A stretch of DNA of 64,000 nt from Mytilus trossulus (taxonomy: Eukaryota). The stretch lies in assembly GCF_036588685.1 (NCBI RefSeq), contig NC_086378.1:26970001-27034000 (forward strand), read 5' to 3'. Numbering within the stretch: the first letter of the stretch is position 1; the number at the start of each line of letters is the position of its first letter. Below the pieces are notes generated by a model. That model worked only from the letters and a program-made list of their open reading frames with translations. It was not told the DNA's origin and ran no database searches. A program made the position numbers and the translations under genes. Positions 23,666 through 35,470 of the stretch are shown one piece after another.

Positions 23666-24271
23666 ATTGCATCGTCAATTACCAGCTAGGTATCAGTGTA
23701 GTAAACTTTTTTTCATTCTTATATGCACTTTTGAAAGGACAATTTTTACTCTTTTGAGAGAATGTCAAAATAAATTGCAAAGTTAATATTCTAAAATGTT
23801 CATACATTTTTTTTATATTTTCACAACAAAATGCTACATTAATTCATCTTGTAAATACATTAATTCATTTTGTAAATCAGTGACTTGCCTAAAGCTTTTA
23901 CACTAATGACATTAAACTTATATTGATAGAAGAAGTCTAATTGTATTACTTGGAGAGGTGAATATGTTCTAAATTGGTCAGACAATACTTGCTCATGTTT
24001 TATGAACATTTAAAGCCCTCGGCTTCGCCTTGGGCTTTAAATGTTCATAAAACATGAGCAAGTATGGTCTAACCTATAAGTAAAAAATAATTAAACATGT
24101 TCGAGTTAATTGAATTCTTCAGAGTGTCACATTTACAAAAAAATCAGTGTCCAACGGCATATCTCCAGAATAACTACATAGTGGTTAAACAATTTGAGTA
24201 CTACCACGAATGAATACGTAACAAATACAGAACAAAATACTATCCTGGATGAAAAATACCAGAAACAAATA

Positions 24272-25023
24272 CTGTGAAAGTACTTTTATTCGTGGGGTAC
24301 CAATTTTCGTGGTTTCGTGGATGACTTTATCCACGAATTTGAGTGTCCAACGAAATAATACAACCATTATCCAAATCACGACATAGAAAGATCCCCATCG
24401 GTAGGTTTGACTACTGATATGATCTAGAGAATATATTGAATAACGCCAAATCTGATAATTCTTTAATAGCAGTCTCAGAACTACAACTGCATGCAGGATT
24501 ATACCCATTTAATCTTTAACAACCTAAACTGTACAACTTTTGATATTTGAAACCTCATAAAAAATAATTTTGATCGATGAAAGTCAGATTTCCGATTTTG
24601 ATATGCTAGTATGATAAAGTGTTCATTTTATATCCTCATAGTTCTCGTAATTATGGGAAATATTAATTTCATGCTGGGCTTGATAATAATTATTTGACAA
24701 TTCAAGATACGTTTTAAGCATTTGTTAATGTTACTGTTTTCCAAAGGTGGCATGTTTATGGCCTAATTAACACCTTTGATGGTCTTTACTCTGTTGATCA
24801 CTTCATCATGGCTTAATCGGTGTTATTACTACGATTTACACGGGTCAATGTTCACTTTACAATTTCCTTCAATCCAGACTATGTGTAACCTTCGTTTCTA
24901 AATGCTTAAATTTTCATTTTTTTATTTTAGAAAACTAAAATCCACGAATTTAAAAACCCACGAACATGTAAACATTGCTCAAACCACGAAAATTGATACC
25001 CACGAATTAAAGTACTTTCACAG
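24272..25023. mobile_element. MITE with TA target duplication (Tc1/mariner-type inferred)
   Basis: TIR CTGTGAAAGTACTTT(T/A)ATTCGTGGG at both ends; TA at 24270-71 and 25024-25. Confidence 0.85.
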
Positions 25024-25119
25024 TATTTACTTTCCTATGTTGCAATCTACAGTGTTAACAATGATCCTCAATGCTCTTAAAAACTTTGTACTTGTTTGGC
25101 TTTATAAATATTTTGATAT

Positions 25120-25337
25120 GAGCGTAACTGATGAGTCTTATGTAGACGATACGCGCGTCTGGCGTACTCAATTATAATCCTGGTACCATTGATAACTATT
25201 AACAATAAGGTGTTTTACATACAATTTAAAGAATCAGTAAATATACCGTAAAGTTAAGACCATATTAAGACACATAAATTGGTGTTAGAACAATTCTTTC
25301 TGATGAGTCTTTTGTAGACGAAACGTGCGTCTGGCGT
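25120..25337 (+). ncRNA. Two degenerate type I hammerhead ribozyme copies (25122-25166, 25300-25337)
   Basis: The first has GATA in place of core GAAA; the second has an intact CTGATGA-GTCT/AGAC-GAAAC...GTC core but lacks the 5' strand of helix I. Confidence 0.6.
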
Positions 25338-25917
25338 ATACTAGTATACAAAAAAAATCCTGGTATTTCTGATGAGTTTATTTTCCTATGATATATATTT
25401 TACTGCGACAAATTTTATAAGCCCACTTATAACAAGAAAAAGAATAGTTTAAGGAACACGGAAGGGGCAATATATATATATATATAAGAAACACAGAAAA
25501 TAAAATAATGAAGGTATGAAAAATTAAATCAAAGCATACAGACTTTACAGCATGTTGAATGCTAATATTGATTTATATTGTGATTTGTCTTTAAAATTGA
25601 AATACTTTTCTCATTCGATAATCAGTATGCCGAAACCAGAAATTGCAATGAGATGAAAAATGATTAAATCTCCAGGTTCAATAAATTATCGGCAATACGC
25701 TCATTTTCTCTGTTCAACACACTGTTTTATATTTTTGTATATCATGGACAGCCCTTCATACTCGACAACAATGGGCAAGTAGCAGTCTAGAACGTCACGC
25801 ATTCATGTCCTCCCAAGGAAAACTTACCAATAAAAGGTTTTAAATGTTACTAACTATTTCATTTTTTTCACCAAAACATATTGTTAAGACAAAATTGCAG
25901 ATATAAAGGATAATTAT

Positions 25918-26262
25918 AAAGGAGTAGGTCCAGTAAGACCCCTTTTTGGCCCCAAAATATAGTAGTTTTACAAAATTGTTAAAATGTAAACGTTTAGTTA
26001 TTTATTGGAAGTAGAATGCTTCTGCTACATAAATATAGCCTGTTTTTGACAATACAATGCACATATATCGGGTGCTAGCATCATTAAGTCATGCTAAATT
26101 ACTGAAATCTTAACAATTCTAGCATTTTAGTCAAATTTAAGACGGTTTCCGTCTGAAATGAAAGTGGCCGCATTTGTGTTCATTCTTAATATTAAAATGT
26201 AAGTGGTAGTTGCTGATATTACATAACATATGTAAAGATTGAGGATGAACACGAATGCGGCC
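25918..26262. mobile_element. Truncated non-autonomous DNA element inserted in the 3' flank of copy 3
   Basis: Begins AAGGAGTAGGTCC; internal inverted repeat GGCCGCATTTGTGTTCAT / ATGAACACGAATGCGGCC; absent from the paralogous flank near 15195. Confidence 0.5.
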
Positions 26263-26426
26263 ATATCAATGATGTTTCAAAGTGCTGACTACTGGGCTTG
26301 TGATACCCTCTGGGAATAAAAACTGATCCAGCAGTGGCATACTATATAGGTTAAAAACATCAATATAATGTGCAAATATTTTACATAACATTTTATTAAA
26401 GTCAGCATCCAAACAGATAGTTGACA

Positions 26427-27560
26427 CTATATTAACATATCATATTTAATTTGGAACTTTTTCCAATCTTCAACTAATTTCATTGGAGATCTGAATCCAT
26501 GTGATGAAAATAAATGGTCCATTTTATCTGGTCGATAACGTACACTAAATCTTGATTCATGAATTAGAGAAATGTTTAAATTTCTACATGCAATACCCAG
26601 GTATACGTCATCTATAAACATTGGCTTTATAACTTTGAACTGAGTCATTAGTTTATTAATGATATCAACGGTCAGTACTAAGGAACCACCACTGGCGTAT
26701 GGTGGCCAAACATTATCCTTAAAATCATCTCGTGAGATGTACCATTTTGATTTAGTATTCCTTTTAGGTCTTGCACCTTTCCAGACGAATCCCAAGAACA
26801 AACTGCGCTTTTCAGCAACATACAAACTTTGCAAATGATCCCAAATGTATTTGGTATTGACAATGTAGTCGTCATCTACAAAGAAGATATACTTTGCACC
26901 GCTGCAATGGGAGGCAACCCATTTAAATCCCATTATTGTTTTTATAGTATTATTATGGTAATTGTCTATAAAATTCAGTTGAATAATGTCTTTATACATG
27001 TTACTTTCTTTCTGTATAAATGGTTTCATCACTGGTAAATATCCAAGGAGAAAAACCAGTTTTATGCCTGGATTTGAAAAAGCTCCCCAAGTATTTCGTA
27101 TAGCCATTCGGTTGGCCATGTTGTAAACATCAGATTTGACCACAAATAACAAGAAGGGATCAGATGTATTACCATTTGATGAACACACTTGAACTGGAAC
27201 ATGAAGGTAAGAAAATAAATATTCGTAAATTTGAGTACTGTTTGTGGTATTGTTTGTAGCTACAACTGTTGTAGTATTGTTTTTAACATGAAGTTTGGCA
27301 GAATTGTTTTTTGATAGAACTTTCATAGTATTGTTTTTTACAACTGACTCAGTATAATTTAGTGACACTACCTGATAAACCATTGAATCAACAGTACTAT
27401 TAGCAGTGTACACTCTCGCATTAGTTTTTTTGTCTATTGATGTTTCAGGTTTTGATTGTTGACCAAAATTAAGAACGAGGTTCGCAAGTATGAAGATGAG
27501 AAAAAGTATAGGTACAGTCATAAATAGCGCCTTTAAAAGTATACGAAAGTTCTTCCACAT
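26427..27560 (-). CDS. GT31 beta-1,3-glycosyltransferase copy 3, 377 aa
   Basis: Intact ORF from ATG 27560 (MWKNFR...), TM, FVDDDYIV, WPPYASGG, FIDDVYLG; acceptor TTCCAG at 27629-30. Confidence 0.93.
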   Translation of the reverse strand: MWKNFRILLKALFMTVPILFLIFILANLVLNFGQQSKPETSIDKKTNARVYTANSTVDSMVYQVVSLNYTESVVKNNTMKVLSKNNSAKLHVKNNTTTVVATNNTTNSTQIYEYLFSYLHVPVQVCSSNGNTSDPFLLFVVKSDVYNMANRMAIRNTWGAFSNPGIKLVFLLGYLPVMKPFIQKESNMYKDIIQLNFIDNYHNNTIKTIMGFKWVASHCSGAKYIFFVDDDYIVNTKYIWDHLQSLYVAEKRSLFLGFVWKGARPKRNTKSKWYISRDDFKDNVWPPYASGGSLVLTVDIINKLMTQFKVIKPMFIDDVYLGIACRNLNISLIHESRFSVRYRPDKMDHLFSSHGFRSPMKLVEDWKKFQIKYDMLI

Positions 27561-28107
27561 GTTTTCGAGCAGGTTTCCCAATTAGGCGTCGTTTAACTAA
27601 TCACTAATACAATCCAACGAGTTGGCACCTGGAATATATAATGACACTGTTATAAATATTTGCCCGACTGAATATGACAAAATTTCCGGATTTGTCAAAG
27701 AATTGTTCTTATGTTTGTTGAAACACCACTGTCTCTAATGAGTGAACGGTTTTTACAGGTCATAAACATGTTTAACTCTACCACATTCTGTATGTGCCTG
27801 TCCCGTGTCAGAACCCTGTAGCTCAGTGGTTGTCGTTTGATCAAGTATGTCATACTTACCTTTTGTAAACTGTCTTGTTATTAATGTGCCATTATTTCTC
27901 AATATCAGTATGGGTTTTTTTCATTGTTGAAAGGTATACGTTTGCGTATAATTGCTAACATCTACTTATTGTGAACTTAAATTGACTCATTGATAATTAT
28001 ATCACATCTCCTTATTCTTATATTGATAATGTATAAACAATAAAAGCTTATATCATTTAAGACTTAATTTAACAAACCTACATCTACTGTGATAAAAGTC
28101 GTTATTA

Positions 28108-28335
28108 GATATAAAAAGATGTAGTTTGATTGCAAATTAGACAACTCTTCATCCAAGGCATAATTTGGAAAAGTAAACAATTATAGGTCAAAGTACGGCC
28201 TTCAACACGGAGCATTGGCTAACACCGAATAGTAAGCTATCTATAAAGGACCTTACAATTGATAAGGGCAAAACCAACAGTCGTCTTTATAAAAAAAAAA
28301 CGAGAAACACTTATGAACCATCTCAACTAACGACT
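28108..28335 (+). repeat. Interspersed repeat family A variant
   Basis: AAAAGATGTAGTTTGATTGC...TATAGGTCAAAGTACGGCCTTCAACACGGAGC; similar to 57311-57577. Confidence 0.75.
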
Positions 28336-28379
28336 TATGTCAAAAAAAGAACATTCGATGTTGGGATGCTTTTAAAACT

Positions 28380-28900
28380 TATAAACATAAGAGAAGAATT
28401 TCAAATATAACTTCAATACAGATTCTGAGCTGTAAGAAACCTTTTGAAGAGAACAAAAATATTAACGACAAAAAAAAAGGCAAACATAAGATCTTCATAA
28501 AGAGAAAGATAACAGCTAGCACAAGAATCAAACATTGCCTGTAGCAAAGGAGATATAAAATCTGTACTAGAAAATTTACCGTTAGAAAATCCGATCCAGT
28601 AAAAGATACAAATGACAATGTAATTACAAAAATTGAAAAACAATAAACGATGGAAAGAACAATTTGAAGAACTGAATAGATCCCCTCACACAGACCACCT
28701 TGCAAAGTATGAAGACAACTTTTGAATATCAAGATAGGAGATATAATTAAAACAGATGTAAATGCAGCAGTAAAACATCTAAACAATGAAAAGCAGTAGG
28801 GATTGACAATAAAACCCAAGACGCTATTAAGCCATCGGATATCAACTGTATTGATAAACTTCAACAACAAAAACTACTTTACAAAATCCACAAACTAAAT
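28380..28900 (+). mobile_element. Degraded LINE (RTE-like) fragment, region upstream of the RT domain
   Basis: Frameshifted translation resembles ...DVNAAVKHLNN-KA-GxDNI...; many stop codons. Confidence 0.45.
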
Positions 28901-31900
28901 TTCGAAAATGATACTGTAACCTGTTATTTTTTTTCACTCCTAATATCTATCTGATAGTTGACAATGAAATATTAAAGGGTACTATTTTTTATGAATTTCG
29001 TATTTAGAGTTGTAGTAGAAATGAAAAAGAAAAATAATGTATTGATAATAATAATGTATTAATGATAGATAATGTATTAATGATAAATAATGTATTAATG
29101 ATAAATAATGTATAAATAACAAATACGAATAAACAAAATAATAGAGTTATAAATCTCCGGATAAAATATATGTCAAAATTTACCAAGAATAGGAACTTTT
29201 CATTTTAATGTAACTTGCAATACATTTTTTATCATAAAATAATCGCTTTAATCTTTCAAAGGATCTGACATATGTGCAACCACTTGCATTTCAGACACAA
29301 CGTATTTTAGTTACCGATACATCTTATAAAGAATTAATGAAGAGCATATATTTTTCGATACAGCTAAACTAGTTTTCTTCAAGTTTAAATTGTAGTTCTG
29401 TAGTAACATGAAACCAGTATGAGCTTTTTGGGGACCAGTAAGTGGTTGAGAGGTTCTTAGTTATTTAAGAAGACCTCATATTAAGCTGAAATTAAGTAAA
29501 CATTTCTTTACATTGATAAGAGAACTTTCCGAGTTAAAGTATGTCAGTATGCGTATATGTCAGATAGATTGAATAACAAATCATAATTATGCAAATGTCG
29601 TGAATTGTTTAAATTTTCTGAAAAGCACAAAAAGTTAAATTGATTATTCAAGAGAAATATTTTTACTCAATGATACACGAAAAAAGGACAAACTGCCAAC
29701 TTAGAGACATATTCTAGTGCATGAATCATCATTTTGTTTTAGAATATTAGTTATATGCCATCTACAGAATCGTGTAATACTGCTTACATAATCTGAAAAG
29801 TCTTAAAGGAATGCAAGATGAAATGAATCAACTTTGTTATTTTTTTTCATGATTTGGTACTTATACTATTCCTTTAAGTCAGATTAAATAGTATTGAGTT
29901 GGCAATCTAATAATTACTCCTGATTTACCATGTTTACTTCAGTTTTGATTTGAAACATAATATATTTGGTTATTGATCACTCTTACGTAATGGTGTAAAA
30001 TCAAAATAAGATGAAATCTGTAAGCTGGGGTAGGGGTATCATCTTTTACCTATTTTGGGGTAAACTAAGTGCAGACTGATATTATTTATTGTAAAATGTT
30101 TCGAGTACGAATAATATGCATCAATGTACATTTACAAATAAGGTTAAATCATACACAATGCGCCCCGCCAAACAAGGTCATATGGATTAACAATAAAGTC
30201 TTCGATTATCTTTTATCTTTTTTATCCATAAATTGTTCTACTAGAATAAATATATCTCTATTATACAGACCTTTCAATGTCATTTCCGGGTGTTCACACA
30301 AATTAATCACCTGTAACGCTATGTAGTTAGTATGTTGATGTAGTGCTGGATACGATAGCAATATGTATATTATTATGACGTGGAAGCTTTGGTTTCAATT
30401 TTACCTTTGGAATTTAGAATTCAGTTTAGCTTTTAATATTTAGACATGAGTTAAAGTTACTAGTAGTCTTGTAAACAAATAACCTGTAAGAGACTTTTTA
30501 AACTCCGAGTCTTGATTAACAAACACTGTTTCAAAATGGAAACACGAGTTTCATAATTTGAATACAGCACACATATGTATAAATTTGACATAATTGTGGT
30601 ACAACATCTAATAATGTAGTTATTAACAAACCTGTATATTCAAATAATTCGTCCATCATTGAGAAATCGCCTCGTTAACTCAGAGAAATCCAGAAATATG
30701 ATATAAATGTCAAGGTCCAAATCACTTTAAGTCTAACGATCGACGTGAATTTGAAAATCACCTAACCGTGCAGTTTATGTTTGTCAATAATTACATACAC
30801 CTACAGTCGGTATAGGTGTGGTTGAGAAACTTTCTATTTGACTGAACTTAAACATCAGTAGTCATAGGGTAACATATTTTGATTTTGGTTACCAAAGATA
30901 TGTAAATGTCTCCATACCTGATCAATTCAAATATATAATAAAAACAAAATTTCATATGCTACTTAGGTAGAATATTTTAATCTTAATTTTTAATGTGTAT
31001 TTGAAATTTCGGATTTATTGATATGTGTATACCTTGGGTATAAATACTTGCCAACCTTTTTTTAAAGGTGATAAAGGTTGTTGTAAAAAAACAAATAGAT
31101 TATCTTCTTTACATATTTCGTCCTCGGGCTAATAATTAAAAAAAAACAGTGAAAAATATATATCTTTTCTATGAATGGTACATTTTGAATTAGCCAAAAA
31201 AAAAACATTTTACGTAAGCGACACTATAACCTTCCTTATCTATACGAATTCGGTAACCCTATTATAAAAAGTTAAATGATAAAAATACCGTGGAAACACA
31301 AAACGGAGAGTCCCTTATCAAATGACAACATCAAAAACCAAAACACATCAAGCACATAATTATCATGATTATACTTTATCATTTCAAAACACTATTTTTA
31401 CCAAATCAATTGTTCAAGTTTTACAAAATATCTATGCATTGTTAACTGAATTGTTTTTGTACTTTTTAGACAAAATTAATTAAAAATTGCAGTACACATA
31501 TGCATCTTATGAAATTCAAATAAAGGCAACAGAAGCATACCTGAGTTCAAAGGTCATAAATCAATTGAGATAAAACAGGTTACACACTCAAAAATTTAAA
31601 CAGAGGGAATAAGCTTTCAAACAAAGTATAAACGATTTGGATGGATTGCCTTTTTCTCGCATATACACAACTAGTTAGGAAATACAGCCGGATAAAAAAT
31701 GTCTTAAGCTATTGGTGTGGATATATTTAAAAGAAGACCGGACATGTATTATTATATAGATTATGAGTTTTATATGGTGGCTCAAACATTTTCAAACCCA
31801 GTGAGAGATTACCTTAGTTGAATTTGGAAAAACCGTTTAGAGTTATGGATTCTCAATGCTCTTTGATTTAATTAAAAACTAATTGACCCCAATAAAGGAG

Positions 31901-32185
31901 ATGGTAAACAAATCTATATACTGAGTAAAAGTAGTAAAAAACAAGGTCTAACAAACAAAAAACAATTGTTTTACGAAGTATTTATAAGATGTAATTCTTG
32001 CCTTATTCAATAATTTTGTATATGTTCTTCTATGTCTCTATACAGTAATTCGAGCTCCAATTTACAAGAAGACGTGAAAACATCTAAAATATCATATGGG
32101 TCCTCCTATTGACTATTCAATAATTATAACACATTACAAAATGAATGCACAACAGTTGTTTTAAATGGGAATTAGCTGTCATTTT

Positions 32186-32533
32186 AGTTTAAACATATTT
32201 ATTTATAGTGGATTGGGAAACAAGTTTTGCAACTTATATTAATCCCTTTCCACTTTGCGGGTGCGAGTGCAGCCTTGTAGCGGCATTATCCTGCTCTTTT
32301 TCGAAATCTACAAGGGTGTCTTTAACGTGCAAGAGATATGGCTCTCTCTTAACACGGGTCAGCCATTTATCGTCCCCGTCCGACGGACTATCATCGTTTC
32401 CTCAAGACCATACTCGCAAATGGTGTCAAGGGAGAGCCGAAAATTAAGTCCCTGAAATTTTCATCCCAGACGGGAATCGAACCAGGAACCTTTGTGTTAG
32501 TAGTCCGATGCACTAACCACTACACCACGGCTC
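32186..32533 (-). mobile_element. tRNA-derived SINE with Deu/Nin-like central domain
   Basis: Head with A box TGGTGTAGTGG and B box GGTTCGATTCC; core GTCCGTCGGACGGGGACGATAAA...GCACGTTAAAGA; 7-bp TSD TCATTTT (32179-85, 32534-40). Confidence 0.85.
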
Positions 32534-32747
32534 TCATTTTTATGTGCATCGATTTGATACAAACTCTCATATTCGTTTATTAACATACCAAAACATCAAG
32601 TAAAATTAAAAAAAGTCCAAAAAAAACGATTAAAAATACATGGACATCATAATAATGTTAATTCTTATGTTGTTTGACAGTTTATATATTTAATTTGTGT
32701 ACATTGAATAATTGTGTTTCGTTGAATTTCACACTTGTAACATGAAT

Positions 32748-33108
32748 ATAGTTATCAAATGTACCAGTATAATAGTTTAGTACGCCAGACACACGTTTCG
32801 TCTACATAAGACTCATCAGTGACGCTCATATCAAAATACTTGTAAAGCCAAACAAGAACAAAGTTGAAGAGCATTGATAATACAAGATTCTAAAAAGTTG
32901 TGCCAAATACGGCTAAGGTAATATATGCCTGGTATAAGAAAATCCCTAGTTTTTCGAAAAATCCTAAGTTTTGTAAACAGGAAATTTATAAAAATGACCA
33001 CATTATCGATTTTCATGTCAACACCGACTTGTTGACAATTGAGCTGGTGATACCCTCGGAGACGAAACGTCCACCAGCAGTGGCATCGACCCAGTGTTGT
33101 AAATAGTT
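32748..33108 (-). mobile_element. Retrozyme-like ~355-bp monomer carrying a hammerhead ribozyme
   Basis: Bounded by ATAGTT repeats 355 bp apart; fragments of the same unit at ~25060-25200, 26285-26340 and 39515-39700. Confidence 0.65.
32782..32825 (-). ncRNA. Minimal type I hammerhead ribozyme
   Basis: GCGUCA-CUGAUGA-GUCU(uaugu)AGAC-GAA-AC(gugu)GU-C|UGGCGU: complete core, helix II 4 bp, minimal helix III, helix I 6 bp with G-U pairs. Confidence 0.8.
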
Positions 33109-34634
33109 GATGTCCGTTGTTGTGTTATGATTCGTATTTTACAGGCAAACAGCCTACCTGGACCTTATATCTATTTATCAAATGACTTTCTTAAATGTAA
33201 ATTTTCTGTTTTGTGTTTGCTTACGTTCAGTTACAATAGAGAATTTTAGGTTTTTGACGTACGTAATACACAACGTACCTTAACATTTCAAAAAATGTTC
33301 ATTGTTATCTCCCGTTGACCATTTAACTTGTAAATTAAACAAAAATAATATATTTTGACGTACGTAATACACCTTAACTTTGTCGTTGTAAAATTGTGTT
33401 TGTCTTCCTTTTTCCAATAAGTTCAAATCTATTTAAAATAGCGTATTCCGACAGCAAGAGTTTACACTTTTTTTTATATCTGAACATACGTAACGAAAAA
33501 GCAAACTTTGCTCGCAGGGGACACAGGTATATTTTGAGTGATATACAGTTAACAATGATTCTTATTTTCGTAAAAAAAAGACTTCTTTTCAAACTAATTT
33601 GTGAATATGGCGTGCCGGAGAGTATACGGGGAAATGAGCTCTTGGATTCTATATCTATTCTAAAAAGGATAAAATTTATCAAAGATTAAGGACATTGTAC
33701 AAGTTTAGTAATTCAGGTTTATATATACATGTAGGTTGTAGTGTTTTTATAATATTTAGGCATATCAAAATACCTGGATTATTTGATCATCAGATCGTTT
33801 TTGGTGTTATTTTATTTGGTTGTCATTAACATAAGTTAGGGCTTTTGTTAATATTTGTAAGCATACCAAACATATTTTTTTGTCTTATTGATAACTCAGC
33901 TTTTATTCACTTTTTAATGAATGATCTCTGTCGTGTGTGCCACAATCTATCAAAAAAAACTTTTACCTGGAAAATCAATTAAGGCAAGTGAAAAAAAACA
34001 TATCATGGTGTGATCAATTTGCTATGTTTAGAATCCATTTGATGATGTAGATTCAGGAGTGTCAACAGGGGTGTTACAAACGGACGTATCCGCCGGACCG
34101 ACAGCGCAATTGAAGGTAGCATTGTGTTACTATTACCATTCGAAGCATCCCTGATGAAAGGTTATTACTCTAGAAATAAAGAAAGCTGTCGCGCGAAAAG
34201 AAAAGGTCGGCGTTTCGACAAAAAAAATCCCAAGCGACATGTTTGTTATCCAAGGCGAGATACGGTATCAAATGATGCAGAGTGGGTTATCATATCTCAA
34301 CCATGTATGTCAAAGAAGCGTGACCTGATGCTAAGAGTATTGGACCCTTTGACGACAATCAGCGTACAAACTTAAGAAATTGACCTTCACAGGCAATTTT
34401 GTGTTGACCTAGCTGTCAATCAAAACAATATCTTACCATAACAGGTGAACCATGTAGAGTAGGGTTTTCGGAAATAACAATCTTAATATTTTTTTCCTGT
34501 TGTATTGCCTTAAATATTTGAGCCAAATTAGAGGCATAAGCAACAATCAACGCTAAATGAAGCAGCATATTTGATTCGTTTAAAATTACAGTCGTTTCAA
34601 TTTGGGTAGCTATCAGACTATATCTGCTTTATGA

Positions 34635-34830
34635 TAAAAGAGGGTCTAAAGATACCAGAGATACTGTCAACCTCATAGATTGAAACTAAACTGACAACGC
34701 CACGGCCTAAAACAAAAAGACAAACAGACAAATAATAAAGAAGACACAAAAACTAACGACTACGCAACACGGACCCACCAAAAACTGGGGGATCTCAGGT
34801 GCTTTGGAAGGGTACGCAAATCCTGCTCCC
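34635..34830 (-). repeat. Interspersed repeat family C, inverted relative to 35270-35470
   Basis: Diverged reverse complement of CTGCTTACCCTTCCGGAGCACCTGAGATCACCCC...TGGTATCTTTCGTC; partial copies at ~39843-39925 and 58650-58780. Confidence 0.8.
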
Positions 34831-35269
34831 GTCGTGTTGCTTATGTTAAATACAAATCAGGTAAAAAGTATAATTCGGTAGGTCACAGGGAATGGTATTG
34901 TAGATAATCCAGACTAGATTAGGAACAGGGGCGGATCCAGAAAGTTTAAAAAGAGGGTTCCAGAAAAAAAAGAAAAAAAAACAGTTGGTGTCTTCTTTAT
35001 TGCAATATTCACGTATTTTCTTTTTCAATTTTCGAAAAAAAAAAGGGTAGAATCCTATCACAGACCCCCACCCCTGGTACAGCCACTAAGTAAATTATTT
35101 GTAAGTTTTTATCCGCAGTACATGGTAAGCTTGCATGGTCTGCAGGCAAATTACCGAAATTGATGCTCTGGATTCCATAATTGATGACCCTGACCTTTGC
35201 CTTTTTTATTTGGTTTAAATTTCTTTTCAGATTCATAATTTTTTTTAAAAAATGTTTAAATGATATAAC

Positions 35270-35470
35270 AGGATCTGCTTACCCTTCCGGAGCACCTGAG
35301 ATCACCCCTAGTTTTTGGTGGTGTTCGTGTTGTTTATTCTTTAGTTTTCTATGTTGTGTCATGTGTACTATTGTTTTTCTGTTTGTCTTTTTCGTTTTTA
35401 GCCATGGCGTTGTCAGTTTGTTTTAGATTTACGAGTTTGACTGTCCCTTTGGTATCTTTCGTCACTCTTA
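35270..35470 (+). repeat. Interspersed repeat family C
   Basis: GGATCTGCTTACCCTTCCGGAGCACCTGAGATCACCCC...GCCATGGCGTTGTCAGTTT... Confidence 0.8.

Larger units (their letters stand above)
19611..24081 (-). mobile_element. Crypton-type tyrosine-recombinase DNA transposon, apparently full length (~4.47 kb)
   Basis: Spliced YR ORF; terminal hairpins 19618-19714 and 23976-24074; subterminal inverted repeat CCAATTTAG(C/A)ACATATT(T/C)AC; AAGT direct repeat placed symmetrically at 19611-14 and 24078-81. Confidence 0.8.

Noticed and set aside
27561-27581. TTG start for GT31 copy 3 given by the ORF track
   Set aside because: Paralogs start at the MW/MC position; the ATG at 27560 is the homologous start.
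28379-28870. Hydrophobic 163-aa minus-strand ORF resembling a membrane protein
   Set aside because: Antisense reading of an A-rich degraded LINE fragment; TTG start and no family motifs.
32460-32533. tRNA gene
   Set aside because: Anticodon and acceptor stems pair poorly; it is the head of a SINE flanked by a TSD.
34148-34200. Hammerhead-like CTGATGA...GAAA
   Set aside because: Helices II and III cannot be formed convincingly; at most a decayed remnant.
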